DNA of 64,000 nucleotides from positions 47,246,001 through 47,310,000 of the forward strand of contig NC_045697.1 of NCBI RefSeq assembly GCF_009834535.1. Reading direction: 5' to 3'. Source of the DNA: Camelus ferus. Its lineage: Eukaryota. Within the stretch, counting starts at the first letter, position 1. Each line of letters starts with the position of its first letter. Both the position numbers and the translations under genes were made by a program. Of the stretch, positions 63,659 through 64,000 are shown piece by piece. The notes under the pieces are model-generated. The model was given only the letters and a program-made list of their open reading frames with translations, was not told the origin of the DNA and searched no databases.

Positions 63659-64000
63659 AATTAAGGCATTATCTTCAAAAGATATTTCAATGAAAATACA
63701 GTTTGGGGGTGGTTGGCTCGGAATGCACAGACATGTTGCTATGTGTAGTGGAGGCTGGAGGAAACTACTGAGAGGTGAGGGGAGTTGACAGCCAAAGCAC
63801 AAGGAGGAAAAGGGAGCAGAGCTCCCGTGGTCCAGAGTTTGACCTAGTGGTAGTCCTACTCTGATCCCAGCTGTGACTAATGAGATGAAGATATACCTCT
63901 GGGTACCACTGGTAGGGAGAAGAGGGAAATGGAGAGGAAGAGAGAGAAGAGGCAAAGAGGGCAAAAAGGGGAGTGTCAGAGTAGGATTGTGCAAGGCAGA

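Noticed and set aside
1..64000. A novel multi-gene system, CRISPR array or prokaryote-style operon
   Set aside because: Mammalian non-coding DNA: the longest ORF is 144 aa, there are no regularly spaced repeat-spacer units, and the dispersed repeats are explained by known transposon classes

Overview
64 kb of AT-rich, CpG-depleted placental-mammal DNA that is almost entirely non-coding (intergenic or intronic). The repeats point to a camelid (camel, alpaca or llama). There is one tRNA-derived SINE of the camelid Vic-1 type and about 11 short cetartiodactyl/camelid-style L1 3' ends, and I saw no Alu, Bov-B/Bov-tA or PRE-1. These sit on an ancient eutherian background of MIR, L2, L3/CR1, L1M, MLT/ERV LTRs, hAT-Charlie MITEs and a Tigger1 derivative. 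No ORF in the supplied track is a credible gene: the only recognisable ones are decayed L1 ORF1/ORF2 pieces. The sole gene-like signal is a pair of candidate small + strand exons in the first 3 kb (460-512 and 2863-2957) that splice in frame to a stop; I cannot name the gene. I found no CRISPR array, RNA gene, operon or convincing new biological system. The best second-look items are a TSD-flanked insert resembling an orphan L1 transduction, a three-level nested insertion, a recent 80-bp tandem duplication, CpG-rich patches over very old repeats, and several motif clusters that may be enhancers. Repeat family names come from my recall of consensus sequences, not a database search, and boundaries without TSDs are approximate.
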